NCBI GenBank assembly: GCA_008632985.1
Contig: QPGO01000060.1
Location: forward strand, 124,001 to 188,000
Reading direction: 5' to 3'
DNA: 64,000 bases
Source of the DNA: Psammoneis japonica
Lineage: Eukaryota
Notes under the pieces: model-generated
What the model saw: the letters and a program-made list of their open reading frames with translations, nothing else
Told to the model about the DNA's origin: nothing
Databases searched by the model: none
Program-made: the position numbers and the translations under genes
Shown here: positions 47,900 to 60,710 of the stretch, in pieces
How positions within the stretch are numbered: position 1 is the first letter of the stretch
Layout: every line of letters begins with the position of its first letter

Positions 47900-49396
47900 A
47901 CGAGACGAATGAAGAGTCTCTACTACTAATGCTTCCATCATCATTGTCATCAAGAATTCTTCCACCCGTCTATCCGCCATCAAAATTTCAAAGAATGTGA
48001 CCGAGCTTCCATCACTCGGTTTCGTTTATATTGCTTTATACTGTCATGCTACCCCAAGCTCTCTCAAGTCGTATAAATAGTTTCTCAAAACTCCTTCATA
48101 GATCACATATTGTTGCAACCCCTTGTCTAATAGTTAGAACTCTATAGAGCTAGTTTGCTAGGCTTGGTTGCGTTTCTACGGATGGAACACAATAGATGGA
48201 AACGAGAACTACTTGATTGATTCTCAGAAAGCTTGTTGTAAGGTATTGCACTAGGAACGACCTAGTCTATCTAGTGTAGATTTTGAGATTGAGAGAGTTG
48301 TTGCAGGGTACAAGGTTTGGTTGTGCTTCGTGATTGCTATTAGTTATTACTCCTAGTTAGTAGGATTGCGGACGAATATATTGAGTTTCTACTAGTTCCA
48401 TTCTACCTCATACTATGTGCTTCGATCCATCTCTAGAAAGCATTTGCTTTGAAGCGTTCAAAGTCAATCCCAGATCTCGTTACATGCGGTTAGGTTCTTG
48501 TCATTGTAGGAATCATTTAGCCAAAAAGGTTAGGTTTGCAGTTTTCGTGTGAATTCCGAGAACTTGACAACCAAAAGAACAATGCCATCACAATGATTTT
48601 CCAAAAGTGCGTCACTTTCTTCTAGAATGTTCTGTTCTGCTTGTCCATCTCTTGCTTTGTTTGTCCCATTCAAGAGATGCACTACTAGAATGATAACATG
48701 TGCAATCGAAGCATGGCGGGCATCGGCTTTTTCCTTGGGTCGTGCTGAACGGACGGCACGTGCGGGCAGGGAAAACCGCGCGATCTCGCGCGAAAAAAGA
48801 CAGAGGGCGGCCAGGCGAGGGCGGCCGCGCGGCGCGCGAGCGAGATAGAGCGCGCGCGCGCGAGCGACTTCTGAGCCGAAAGGCCCGCGCGCCCAAATGT
48901 AATCGAATGAGGATTAACGATGATAACGGAGGGCAAAGTAGGTATGGCCTCACTCTAGCTACAGTATTCATAAGGTCTAAAACATGCAATCGAAGCCTGT
49001 TTTGGTATTCTCGGATAGCCTTCAAGCCTACACGCGCCGGTGCACAAGAGAGCATTGCTTCATTCACGGCAGGTCATACGGAGCGAGCTTTCTCGAGAGA
49101 CCAAGAAACACAATGAGGAATCACTGTACCTTTGAAGCAGACGGTTCAGTTTGCCTTGTCCAAAATTAAAGAGATGAATGTAGCTGTAAACAAAGTAAAA
49201 ATGCGGTACCTTCTGATAATACTTTCTATGCATAGATACATTTAGATCAAGGCACCGCGCAATGGGTGTTGTGGGGTCAACCGTCAAGGCATGTTGAATC
49301 TGAAAAAAGCAACTGATCATGCAATAGGTCATTAGGTATCATGAACTATGGAAAGATGGAAATTGCTTGGCAAGTGAAGATGAACCATTCGCTATT

Positions 49397-50602
49397 TTAA
49401 TCCGACTTGACGGCTTTGGAATTGTTGGCACTGTACACGTCGTCTTTCCCGTGATCAATGTTGATTTGCAAGGATTCGTCGTCGCTCATGTAGTGCCAGA
49501 GGTAGTCAGCAAAGTTACTGGTAGAGTGAATGAGTGTATCACATTGCTGAGCCAGACGAAAAATGGACAACATGATAATCACCTCCAGTTTCGGATCATT
49601 AGACGGGGTCTGACTTTCCCATCCTCCTTCCGCGCCACGATGGCGTGGCCTGTCTATATGCACCCAGTTGTGTTCAGGAAACTGAGATTTCGCTTCTTCA
49701 AGCGCATTTTGATCGTCCGTCAGCAGAAAAACGCTTCGTTCCTTGTGTAACGAACGATTTCGTTCCGTGGCTGCGTCCACGTACTCTTGAATCGCGTGGT
49801 ACTTTCGCGACCACTTGCCATGCAAGACGACATCACCTCGACGGACGTGCATGGCCGCACACGGTGCGGATAGATTTACAGATTTGGTTGAGTATTCATA
49901 CACGGCACGCCTCAGCCATGTTTGTTGGCGGGTAGCGTATTCGTAGGTCCAGCCGGCCATGGGCTGCTGAATGCGGGGGGAATGATTTTTTGCTAAAAGA
50001 GCATTGACCACTTTGTCTCTAGGAAGATCACCCGGTACCTCACAAGATGATATATTTAGAAAGAAACATGACAAATCCTTTTTCGGGCACGCGGCGTTGC
50101 TGCCATCCTTTTTGTTTGCCGCATAGTGCCAGTGATCTACGGCATGCATTTGTACAGGTTGTTTCGTTTCGAGGGCCAAGAGAAGTCCATCGTTTACATT
50201 TAAAAAGTCAGCTCCCCAACCCGATGACCACATTTGTTTGACTACAAGTCTAGAGCAGTTCCCATTGTGTTGGATGTCATGCAGTTCCCGAAAGAATTTT
50301 GCTTTAGCTTCGTCTTGCATGGGCGAAAAGCAGCAGTGCGTGTCGTTCTCCGACGATACAATCCAGTCAGGATGGCTGGTCCACCAGGCATCAATGTCCA
50401 TTTCCCACCCTACACAGAAAGCCGTTGTTTGGTTTCCGCTTGGCATTTGATTATTGATGGCGGACATCAGTTCACTCTCGCTGTTGAATGCAAAGATGTA
50501 ACGCGCTGTCGTGTTGAGAAGGGTCGAAAGACTGATCATTCTAAAGATGATAATCACAACAGCAGTTACCAAGACTACTGCCTTTGGTAGTGAGAACGCC
50601 AT
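49397..50602 (-). CDS. Type II membrane glycosyltransferase, GT23/alpha-1,6-fucosyltransferase-like
   Basis: N-terminal TM anchor and fucosyltransferase motifs 'MHVRRGD', 'FLLTDD' and 'CDTLIHSTSNF'. Confidence 0.75.
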   Translation of the reverse strand: MAFSLPKAVVLVTAVVIIIFRMISLSTLLNTTARYIFAFNSESELMSAINNQMPSGNQTTAFCVGWEMDIDAWWTSHPDWIVSSENDTHCCFSPMQDEAKAKFFRELHDIQHNGNCSRLVVKQMWSSGWGADFLNVNDGLLLALETKQPVQMHAVDHWHYAANKKDGSNAACPKKDLSCFFLNISSCEVPGDLPRDKVVNALLAKNHSPRIQQPMAGWTYEYATRQQTWLRRAVYEYSTKSVNLSAPCAAMHVRRGDVVLHGKWSRKYHAIQEYVDAATERNRSLHKERSVFLLTDDQNALEEAKSQFPEHNWVHIDRPRHRGAEGGWESQTPSNDPKLEVIIMLSIFRLAQQCDTLIHSTSNFADYLWHYMSDDESLQINIDHGKDDVYSANNSKAVKSD

Positions 50603-52360
50603 GACGATGAATGGAAAATGGAACGAAGACTGTCAATTTTGAATGAAGGCATGTGGCATGTCGCAGTGAGGGGTTTGTGTTTGTGCCAGCATCAACGAAA
50701 GAGTACTGCGATACCTACGTACAGTATCGGTATGCCTGCGAGAAACAAAACGACGAGAGCGAAAGTTACCGGGTCCCGGAACACGACTGAAAAAGTAGCT
50801 AATCGTTCAGTACTACGAATACTAAAGCTATATTACATCACGATAAGATCTATACATTCCTTCATTTGTATTGTAAATATTAAATATGAGTTAGCCGGGG
50901 TAGGGCTAGTTGGTCGCGCACGTTTTGGTTCGATGTGATGAGCAACTAGCCATACCCTGCAGGAAGAGCTGTTGGTGGCGCGGCGCGCGAGCAGAAGCAA
51001 CAAAGCAAAGAACACGGCGTGGGTCAAAACGTAGTAAAATGACGCAACAACAAGCAACGAGAAGAAACCCAACTTGACCCATGAATACAGCGCATACATA
51101 TTGTCCAACCACTTCAATAGTATCTCGTATTCCCAACTTGTAGATGAGGGGACGGCGTTCGCGTTTCTCGCCATGGTGTTGTTGTGCGTTATCGTGTTGT
51201 TTGCGCGCGAAGAACACGGGATCTATTTATCCGATAGTGACTGTGTTTTGGTAATAGTAGATGTTTTACTATATACAATATGAGGATATTTTGAGAAGCG
51301 CTTCGGGGCGACCCTGTTCGGACCGTTAAATAGAATTTTTTTTTATACAGATTCTAAAATGTGTTTCGGGGTGTTCCTCACTTTTTTGAATTTGGGTATG
51401 TATATTTTAAAGACCAAAGAAATGTTAATGATATGTAAAATCCTCAGAGACCCACATAAATTTATGTTCCATGTAGACCGCGTAGATTGTGTACCGGCGG
51501 AAAATCCACCGCCTGTCAACTCATCAGTAGTAATTCTACGTATATTCTACTTACACCTCACACACGCACACACGCCTACACAGTCTAATAACCGCGCACA
51601 CGTGCGCGAGATGAAAATTTATTGTTCCTATGTGTACCGGTACCTACAGAACGGTGCAGTATTGCCCCGTCCGTGCCGCCGTGCGCGCGCGGCACCCTCG
51701 CAACTCGCAAGTGCCGCAAAAGCACAACGCCCTATTACCGGTACTTACTCTAGTAGTTGTACCGGTACCGTCGTCGTACTTGCCTGTCCACCAATTTGAA
51801 TTTGGAATTTGAATTCGTCAAACAGAATGCTACTGAAAACAGAGGACAACAAAAATGGCATACACTAAAGCTTCAGTCTAGAGTTCTTTTGTTGGAAGAA
51901 GAGTCGGATGCAGATTGAGCAAACAAGAAAGTTCCGGATGATTGTGAAGACTCATTTGACGGGGCTGTGTTAGAAAAACTCATGAGCATTCGAATCCGCA
52001 AAAAAGAAGCAATGAGATCTCAAAATGCAACAATGCCCTACTAGACAAGCGCGGTCGACAAGAATACATCGCAGGTAGGCCCTATCATGTATTTGTTGGA
52101 TCGAACATGTCCATCGACAAAGACGGATAATCTCACGAATCCGTCATACCCCAAGAACAAGAACCTTTTCTGGTGCTTCAAACAATGCAAAAGCACCGAT
52201 GCAAGCGACATTGACTAGAGAGGCTGAGACCATATCCACGATCTGGAATGGGTTATTTCGGCAACACCAGCAAGAGATGCCTGTGTCACCGCATCAGTTG
52301 CTACAGTTGCAAATTTCGGGGTGCAATGGGAAACTCAGAACGGTCGCACCGACCACTTGA

Positions 52361-53152
52361 CTACTCGCTACTTCTGTTTCCTTGCCCGACACTTTTCGAC
52401 CTGATGAGGTCAGGCTTTTCATTGATCGACTTATACACCAAGTCGGGTTCCTTCTGCACTCGTGCCAACACATGTGCCCAGAGCGAGTCTGGCACAGAAT
52501 CGCAATGAAGCAAAGAACACGCCTTTTCTTTGCACAGTCGATAGTCGCTAATTTTCCTCTTGAGCTGTGGAGTTAAACTGTCCCATGAGTATTCTCTTAC
52601 TGTCGAGCTTTCTTTGAGACTTTGAACGAGCGCTGTTTTGCCCTCAGTTCCAAATGGATTTGCCGTCAACATCAGATAATCGAGAGTTCTGTTTCTTTCA
52701 AGTGCTTGTGCTATTCTCTTGACACCACTGTCGCCGATGACATTAGAAACCAGAGTAATCCCCAAAAGTGTATCATTGTTCTCGATACCTTCTGCTAAAT
52801 GCGTGGCTCCCTCGTTCCCAATAGAATTCATGCGCAGAGCCAAATATGTCAGCGAACGGTTCGTTCGCAACATTGCTCCAACAGACTTAACCGCTTCATT
52901 GTCGATTCTACAACCGTCAAGCCAAAGTCGAGTGACTGTCTCATTGGTGCTCAAAGTCTCACAAAGACGTTTGACTCCAGCGGGACTGATGCGACTCCTT
53001 GAAAGACTAACCACGCTTAATTTGGGAAGCGACGGAATGACTTCGCACAGCTGAGTCATTTGATCCTCCGCAATTTCTTGATAGGAAAGGTTGATGTTGG
53101 TAATTTCCGGATCTCTTGTCTCCAGCACTTCCTGCAAATCTTCAGCAATCAT
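52361..53152 (-). CDS. Ribonuclease-inhibitor-type leucine-rich repeat protein
   Basis: 28-aa repeats of the form L-x-x-L-x-L-x-x-N-x-I-G-x-x-G-x-x-x-L-A-x-x-L-x-x-N. Confidence 0.85.
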   Translation of the reverse strand: MIAEDLQEVLETRDPEITNINLSYQEIAEDQMTQLCEVIPSLPKLSVVSLSRSRISPAGVKRLCETLSTNETVTRLWLDGCRIDNEAVKSVGAMLRTNRSLTYLALRMNSIGNEGATHLAEGIENNDTLLGITLVSNVIGDSGVKRIAQALERNRTLDYLMLTANPFGTEGKTALVQSLKESSTVREYSWDSLTPQLKRKISDYRLCKEKACSLLHCDSVPDSLWAHVLARVQKEPDLVYKSINEKPDLIRSKSVGQGNRSSE

Positions 53153-53508
53153 GACTGTAGCACAAAAACGATTCAGGATGGAGAAGTGGCGAGCACAAGA
53201 GGGGATGGTTCATGGGTTCTCGGTTCTAGCTAAAGTAGAGAGTCATTCACAGTCACGGTTCATTCACGGTTGCCATTTTGGATTTCCACAAAGTCACTGT
53301 AGGGCCTCTAGCTAGTGACAGACAGACGGACCCCATGAGCACACATGCCGTACACACAACACATGCGGCACATCACATAAATGATACACCACACACCAGA
53401 CCAGTCCCCCATTGTTTTCTTGGCAGTCAGCAGCTGGTGAAATGGTCACAACCATGGTCCTCTGCAGAGGCCAGATGTTGCAAAAGTTTCCCACCACAAC
53501 CTGGCTGC

Positions 53509-56500
53509 TGTCAGTCGACCTGCGCTGGCTGCTGTGTGTGTGTGGCCAGACCACTGTTTGCAGATGATGATGGCCAGGAGGCATCTGGGTTGGACAGATG
53601 AGTTGAGATCTGCTCTTCTCTCACTCTTTCTCACCAGCGCACATGTTGTCACTGTCACTGGTTTGCAGGGAGGAACCTTGTGCTTGTTGCTCTTGCTCCT
53701 GTTGCTGCTTTGTCACTGCCAGGTTGTGGCCTTGTCAGAGAGGTCGTCATTCTTCTGTGCTGCAACTCCCATCGTGATGCACACTCGGTTTGTGAGCTGA
53801 GCAAGCCTGCTGCCATTTTTGATCCTGGAAGTGATTTTTTCATCAGTGCACAGCCCCACAGACCAGCACCAGGTTTCTGTGTGTTCATGACTGAAAATTT
53901 GGTGCACCTCCAATCAAAACCATGTTGCATTTGACCCCCAAGAAGCCCTTTTTAAAACCATCACAAAGAGAATTTTTCTGTTGTCTTTGCACAACATGCT
54001 TGAAACCAGGAAGTCATCAAACACTTCAACAGCCTTTGCAGCAGCATTGATCAGGGTTGATTTTTTGATGATCCAAGGCATGCAAAGCTGTGGACAACAT
54101 TGTTGATCTCATGAAGGAACACATCCTTGCAGAGCTCATCCTCCCAGAAACCCTTGACCCCCTGCTGCCAACTCACCACTGCCAGTCACATCACTCTTCA
54201 GAAAGGCATCCCTCAATGTTGCCAGCAGCCTTGCATCTTCTGACTGAGCATCATCTCATCTGTCCTGACAGAGATGATGGATCACAAAATCAAGAAGGAT
54301 GCCCTTCAGGCTGACTGCACCAAGGTGATTGTCACTTTGTCTGCATCTCACATCTCCACTTCTCCCCCACTGTGCAACATGCATTCAGGGACCCAAGCAA
54401 TTTTTTCATGCCACGTGCCCACAAGTTTTTGCTCTCAAGACTCTGCCAGCATTGTCCACTGCTTCAGGCTCTCTTGACATCTCCGATTTGATGGACGCAC
54501 TGAACAACAACCTTGCTGCATCAAAAGCACCCCCCGCTGCAGGTTCTGGTGACACTGAGACCCCTGCTGCCATGACCTTGTCATCCAAATTTTTGTTTGG
54601 CCCAGATGCCCTGCCTGAGGACACATGTGAGCATCTTGACAAAAAGGTTGCTGCTGATGAAGTCATCATCAAGAGTTCCTCATCAACCCTGTGCTGGTGG
54701 AAATCCATGCAATCTTGGCATTCTTGATCATCTCATTCTTGTGGATGGTTTGCTGTTTGTGATGCAAGCTGTCCCAGACCACAAATCTCTTCTTCAAAAA
54801 CACAGCATTTCTCATGATGACTCACCACACGGTGTTCATCAATGGCATCAGAATTTTCAATGTCATGCTGGTGTTGACTGTGGCCATTTTGTCCACCCCT
54901 TGTGGTGTTTCAACAAGAATTATTTTGGCAACTGGGGGTTTGCTGTTGGCAACACTGCTGCTGATTTTTCCCAGTGTGTGCACATTCATTGCATTGGTGC
55001 AACTTGCATGCTGTCAAACCTTCTGTCGCTGCACATTGTGGCTTTCTGCTGTGATGTGATGGGTGACAAGCCTTGAAGCAAATCCTTTCTGATGCAGACC
55101 CCACATTCTGTGTGACGAAGCTGTTGGTCTTGTTGACTGTCACCCACGACAAGGCAACACCTTTCTCTTCCAGACCACTGTGCCCAATTCAAGGGTTTTT
55201 GCAGCTGCATGCCTGCATCTTTGACACCAAGTCTTCACTGAACAATGAAAGGGAGATGACTGTTTTCATCAAGGACACAAAGTGCTCCAAATTTTCAACT
55301 CATTTGACATGCTCAGAATGCTGTCAGCCTGTTGACACAAGTGCACTGATGACCAAATTTTCTTCTTTTTTGCATCAGCCCAATGGCCCCATTGCCACTG
55401 AGTCAATGCTTTGGTGCTTGGACCATCTCTGGAGTCTGGCAAGTCTCCAACCAGCTCTTGCCTGTGGCACATGATCCCCTGGTTGATGCAGTTGCATTGC
55501 AAGAAGACTCTTTTGACACCCTGTGTGGTGAACTGGCACATCTTGATGTCACACCCAATGATGGAGATTGCCTTTGCATCATTTGCACATGGCATCTGTC
55601 TTCAAGATCAAGGTTGCTCCCAATGAAGCCACCAAATGTCCATGCTTGGCATGCGCTGGCGATCATCTTTTTGATGATTGCCCCATCCTCCAGAGTGACC
55701 CACGCATCAAGGGTTTTCACATTTGATTGTGAAGCAGCACAACATGCCTCTGCTTTTGCTGGCTCCTGGGAAAACTTGCCTGCCAGACAGAATGGGCCTG
55801 CTCTTTCACCATCTTAAAATCCTCTGGAATTGAGGGCCATTGCAGCTGATCTCAGATCCACAATGCTGCCCCCACCTTCTTCCCACTGAGACAACACAGA
55901 TGATTGCAGGGGGCAACTGTGAAAGAGTGGCTGTCCATTCCATCATTGTCCACTCCAAAGCCTCTTTCTCCAGCAGATGATGTGATGCCTGGTGCTGCTC
56001 CTCTGACTTCTTTGGGGAACCTCCAACGTCAACAAGCTGTGCATGACAATCCCAGGGCACAAAGTGTTGATCCAGAGGGAGGGCTCAAGAGCAGGGGAGA
56101 GCAGAGGAAGATGCTGAGCAAGACTTGGAACCATTCAGTTTGATGGCACTCTTGGCTCCTCAGCTGCACTCAACTCTGTGTGCATCTCACCAACTGCACC
56201 TGCCTGGGTCTTGTGCCTTCCATCACCTGCAACGCTGACCATGAATCTTTGAAGGTCAGCACCATCCAGTTTGACCCTAAAGAATGTTGTGCTCAGTCAG
56301 ACACTGGCAAGCATGCACCCTGCACTGTGGCAAAAGGACCTTCTCCACTCATGCCAACTGTTCACCCCAGACAACCCACACCCACTCCAGGTCAACCCAG
56401 CCCCATCTTGGTGTGAGTGCCATTGACCACCATGGTTGCAGTTGTTTGTGTGCACCTGCTGAGACCACCAACAAAGGGCATGTTGCTGTGCATGAAGCTT

Positions 56501-59500
56501 GCTGCTGCCATCCCCAACTCTGGCCCACCTTGATTGATCAATGAGTTCCATGTGCCACCAAGGGTGGACACAAGAAAGACTGTCCAGTTGATTGCTTGCT
56601 GAAGTTCCATGACCTTGGAACATGAGAACACATTGAAAAGCATTGTCTTTGATCCAGTCAAGATGCTGTGGTCAATGAACAACATGTCAATGGAAAATGT
56701 TTTGCTCATCCTTTGATCCCACTGGAATCTGATGATGACTTGGATCTTGCCATTCAGGAACTCAGTGAGGATGATCCCACTTTTGCAAAAGAATGCGAAC
56801 CTGTTGCCACCCACATGATCAACACCTGCTGCAAAGAAAACAAGCACTGTGCCCTTCAGGAGGAAATGAAAAAGATTCCAAGGGCTTGCCAAGGCATTCT
56901 GTTTGATGCTTGCATGAAAAAGAACAGGTGCCATTGCACGCAACCCCTCAAGGCTGATGCTGAATGTCTCCCCTGGCACCAGCACCTCAGCCACCCCCAG
57001 CAATCGTGTCCTGTGTCTCATGCCCACAGGGACATTGGTGGTGTCCCAAGTTTGCCCATGGTGTGCCCTCCCTTGTCACCTGTCCAGCTTGCATTTGCAC
57101 CAAACAAAGAACAAAGACACCGGCTGGCCCCAATTCCACTTGGGCTGCTGCTCAGTCATGCGCCAAAGTTCAATGGTGGAATTTTTGTTCTCTGGTCTAA
57201 AGTCAAAGGACAAAGAGTGCACAAAGAATTGTGTTGGTCCAAATTTTGTGACCTGTTGGATCACAGTGCATGATGACTTTGCTCACCACCACCTCCATGG
57301 TGAAACCCACATTTCCAAGGCATCTCCTTTGGACTGGCTTTTTTGATTCTTAAATGAGCATTCACCAAAATGTCCAGACAAATGGATCAGGGTGCTGATC
57401 CCAAGGTTTGGCAACTCTTTGAGCAAGACTTCCAACATGCACTCAGACCCACTGGCACGGATGCCTCCAACCAGAACAGTCCCACAGAATGCAGTCATTT
57501 GACCATGGCTGATGTGATCCAGGTGATGCTCATCAAAGCAGACCTCCCCACAAAATTCTGGCCCTGTGCTTTTCATCAGCCACTGGTGCATCCAGATCAA
57601 GAAGAGTGCCATCCCCTCCAAGGGTCCGAGTGTTGCACCCATTGCTGCTGCTGCTGCTGCTGGCAAGGTTGACAACTTCAGTGCATTCCACACCTTTGGC
57701 TGCCACATTTGGGCATGTTCTTGCTTTGATGCTCCAGTGGCAAGTTCCACTCTGTGTCTCAGAAAGGTTTCTTCCTTGGCTGCCTGCTGGGCATGACCAA
57801 GAACATCCTGTGGTGCAACCCTGCATCCAGGCATCAAGACTGCTGCCAGGCATGTTTGCATGATGAGGGTGTGAATGACCTCCAACAGGATGAGACTTGT
57901 CCCCCAAACATTTGGCACCATTTCCACCAACTCAGAATGGCAAACCTTTTCCTGCTAAAGACAAGGAGACAACCATTGACAACTTCTGTTTCATGGGAAA
58001 CCATTTGCAGAGACCCTTCTTGAGCACAACATGAAGCACTCCATTGCTGATCCTGCATTTGGGCTGGACTTCAAAATGGATGTGCAGTGCAGTCAGGTGC
58101 ATGTGTTGGGTGTCAAGCATGGCAGCTCTGTGCCCCATCTTTTCTCATCATTGCTCAAAGCCACCAAGTGCTGCAAGATCTTGGGTGCTTGCATTGTGTT
58201 GATTGATGGCATGGATGTCTTTGCCCAAGATCAAGCCTTGGCTCTGAGCTCTGACATCTCCATGTGACATGGACAACCCAGATTTCAAGATTGTGTTTGC
58301 TCCTGAATGTTGTCTCTAATCATGTGAGCTGGAACATGCTTTGGTTGAGCACAGCATTTTTGCTTCATCCCCAGATGACAAGGAAGAACATGTCCCTGAT
58401 CTCACCACCATGGATGTGCACGCCATTGCTGCCCTGCAGTTTCTTGATGTTGATTTCTCCCCTCTCAATGAATGTGAGCTGGATTCACTCCCAACTGTTG
58501 ATCATGAGAATGGTGCTGCATTCAACATTTTTGTGATTTCTTCCCATGCCATCACCCCAAAAGAATGTGAACTTGATGGTTTTGCTTGCGGTCACCTTGA
58601 GAAGCTCCCTGCTTGGCCACAATGGCATGGTGAATTCAAGCAATTGGACCAGTGCCCACTTCCATCTGCTGGGAATGTTTGGTGCTCCCATCCCATGCCC
58701 CAAGAACACTGTCACATGGTGGCCCCACTGGCAACACACAATGCAAAATCAGGTTGCACTCAACAGCCCCAATGCTGTTGTGAGGGTTCACCCCGAGCTG
58801 CTCCTGCTCTCCACTGCCTGCAGTCTACACACTTGTTGTGTGTCAAGCAGCCAATCCAACAGTTGCTTTTTGCACTCTCTGCATCAATGGGACATCAAGT
58901 TCATTCTGGTGATGCTCAAGATGCCTGTGCACACTCTTCAAAACCATCTGCTCTGGTTTGTGTGCAGGTTGATGAGACCTTTGCTGCATGGCACAAGTCA
59001 CATTTTGGTGTTGACCTGGATCACTCCATTGTCCCACCAACTCTCAATGCCTTGCAGGGTCACCCAGAATCTGCCACATTGACCAGTGCCAAGCTCCTTT
59101 TTCACAACAGAACACATGACAAGTGTGTTTGCACTTCTGCCTTTCAGAGAAAGTGCACTCTCTTGCTCCAACAACAGGTTGATGATTTCTCCATTGTTTG
59201 CCTGGAGGAATCACGTGTGATGATCAAGATCTTCAATGAACTCAGTGCTGCTCCACAACTCCCCTGTGAGGACTCCACTTCTTTCAAGCATCTTGACTCA
59301 TGTGTGGACTGGAGCTCTTCAATGGTGTTGACATTCATCAGCATGATGATTCCATGTCTGTTGCATGTCATGGCTGCATTGAGGATTGGGGACTGACTTC
59401 ATGTGGTTGGATCACCCTGTCTGCTGACAAATCTGCCTCTGACTGCCAGGCCATGCTGATGCCAGTGGAATCAGTCTCCTGGTTGTGCTCTGATGTTGGT

Positions 59501-60710
59501 CACATTGAAGGAGATCTCAAGAACATGCAGCCAGAATTGAAGGAGGCTCAAGGAGGTTTTGGACATCGAGACCTGCTTGGTGAGTTGTTGTGTGTGCATG
59601 TCATTTGCCGCCTTGACATCGGCTGTGCTGTTATGACCCTTTCCAAGTTTGTGGTGTCTCCTGCTCTGGTGCACTGCGTTGCATTGAAAGGGATTGCCAG
59701 CCCTCTTCACTGCATGAAGTGTTGGGATGTCAGCTGCAAGAAGCCCATCAAGGACTCAACTTTGCCTGTGCACCCCCACAAACAACTTGAGGCAGACCCA
59801 ACTCTCTCTTTGTTCCCATCAGCAGATTCTCTTGCACAGCTGCTTGCTTTCTTGGATGCATTCTGCAATGACCTTCATGACCATTGCTCTGCCACTGGCT
59901 GTGGTTGCATGATGTCAGCCAGTGAGGCAGTTCCTTGCCATTGCAAGACAAAAATGGTGGCTGCGACCAGTTCCATGAAGGCTGAGTGAGTTTTGTGTCA
60001 CTCACTGGCACCACTGCAAAACATGTCCTGTGCCTGCAATGATCAGTCCTCAAGAAGCTTGGTTGCCCCCTCAAGATGATGCCACTCCTCTCTTTGTTGA
60101 CAGCAAATCAGTGCCATCAAGATCACCAACAATTGTGTTCCCACCAAGCAATCTTGCCACATTGACATCCAGTGGTTTGTCATCCAAGACTGGAAAGAAG
60201 ATGGGGGTGCCATTGCCAGACACATCCCAGCCATTGTCAACCCCAGCGATGATCTCACCAAGGCTGCTCTTGGTTTGATGCCACATGCCCATCATGCTCA
60301 CCAGCTCATGGGATGCTGCCACTGAGTCTTTTGTCCTGACTCTGAATGGCATCTGCTGAATTGCCCTTTTTGTGTTTTGTTCTCTTGTTTGTTGGTCATC
60401 TGGTCTACATTGCTCTGGAGACCAACTGCTGTCTTCCCTTTCATTCTGTCTGTGATCTGCACTGCCTTTTTAGACATGCTAGATCAGAGGAGGGTGTCAG
60501 TCAACCTGGTCTGCTGCACACGGTGCCAGACTGTTTGCAGATGACAGCCAGGCATCTAGACCAGACAGACAAGCAGATCTCTCTGAGATTTGCTCGTCTC
60601 ACTCTTTCTTGCTGGCACCCATGTTGTCACTGTCACTGGTTTGTGGGGAGGACCCTTGCACTTGTTGCTCTTGATTTGCTGCTCTGATGGCTGCTGTTTT
60701 CTCACACAGT
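53509..60710 (+). mobile_element. Heavily decayed Ty1/copia element (frameshifted, Tyr-depleted)
   Basis: Diverged LTR-like repeats start TGTCAGTC(G/A)ACCTG at 53509 and 60495, the latter after the purine tract AGAGGAGGG; both contain CATGTTGTCACTGTCACTGGTTTG. Relics: integrase (MDQG...PTGTDASNQN...KFWPCAF, ~57370), RT (GSPRAAP, GDAQDACAHS, LQGHPES, QVDDF, ~58780-59190) and RNase H (LLGELLC, HIDIQWF). The LTR 3' ends are approximate. Confidence 0.85.

Noticed and set aside
50833..51174. 113-aa hydrophobic ORF as a membrane protein
   Set aside because: It has no recognisable motif, competing overlapping ORFs exist, and support is insufficient.
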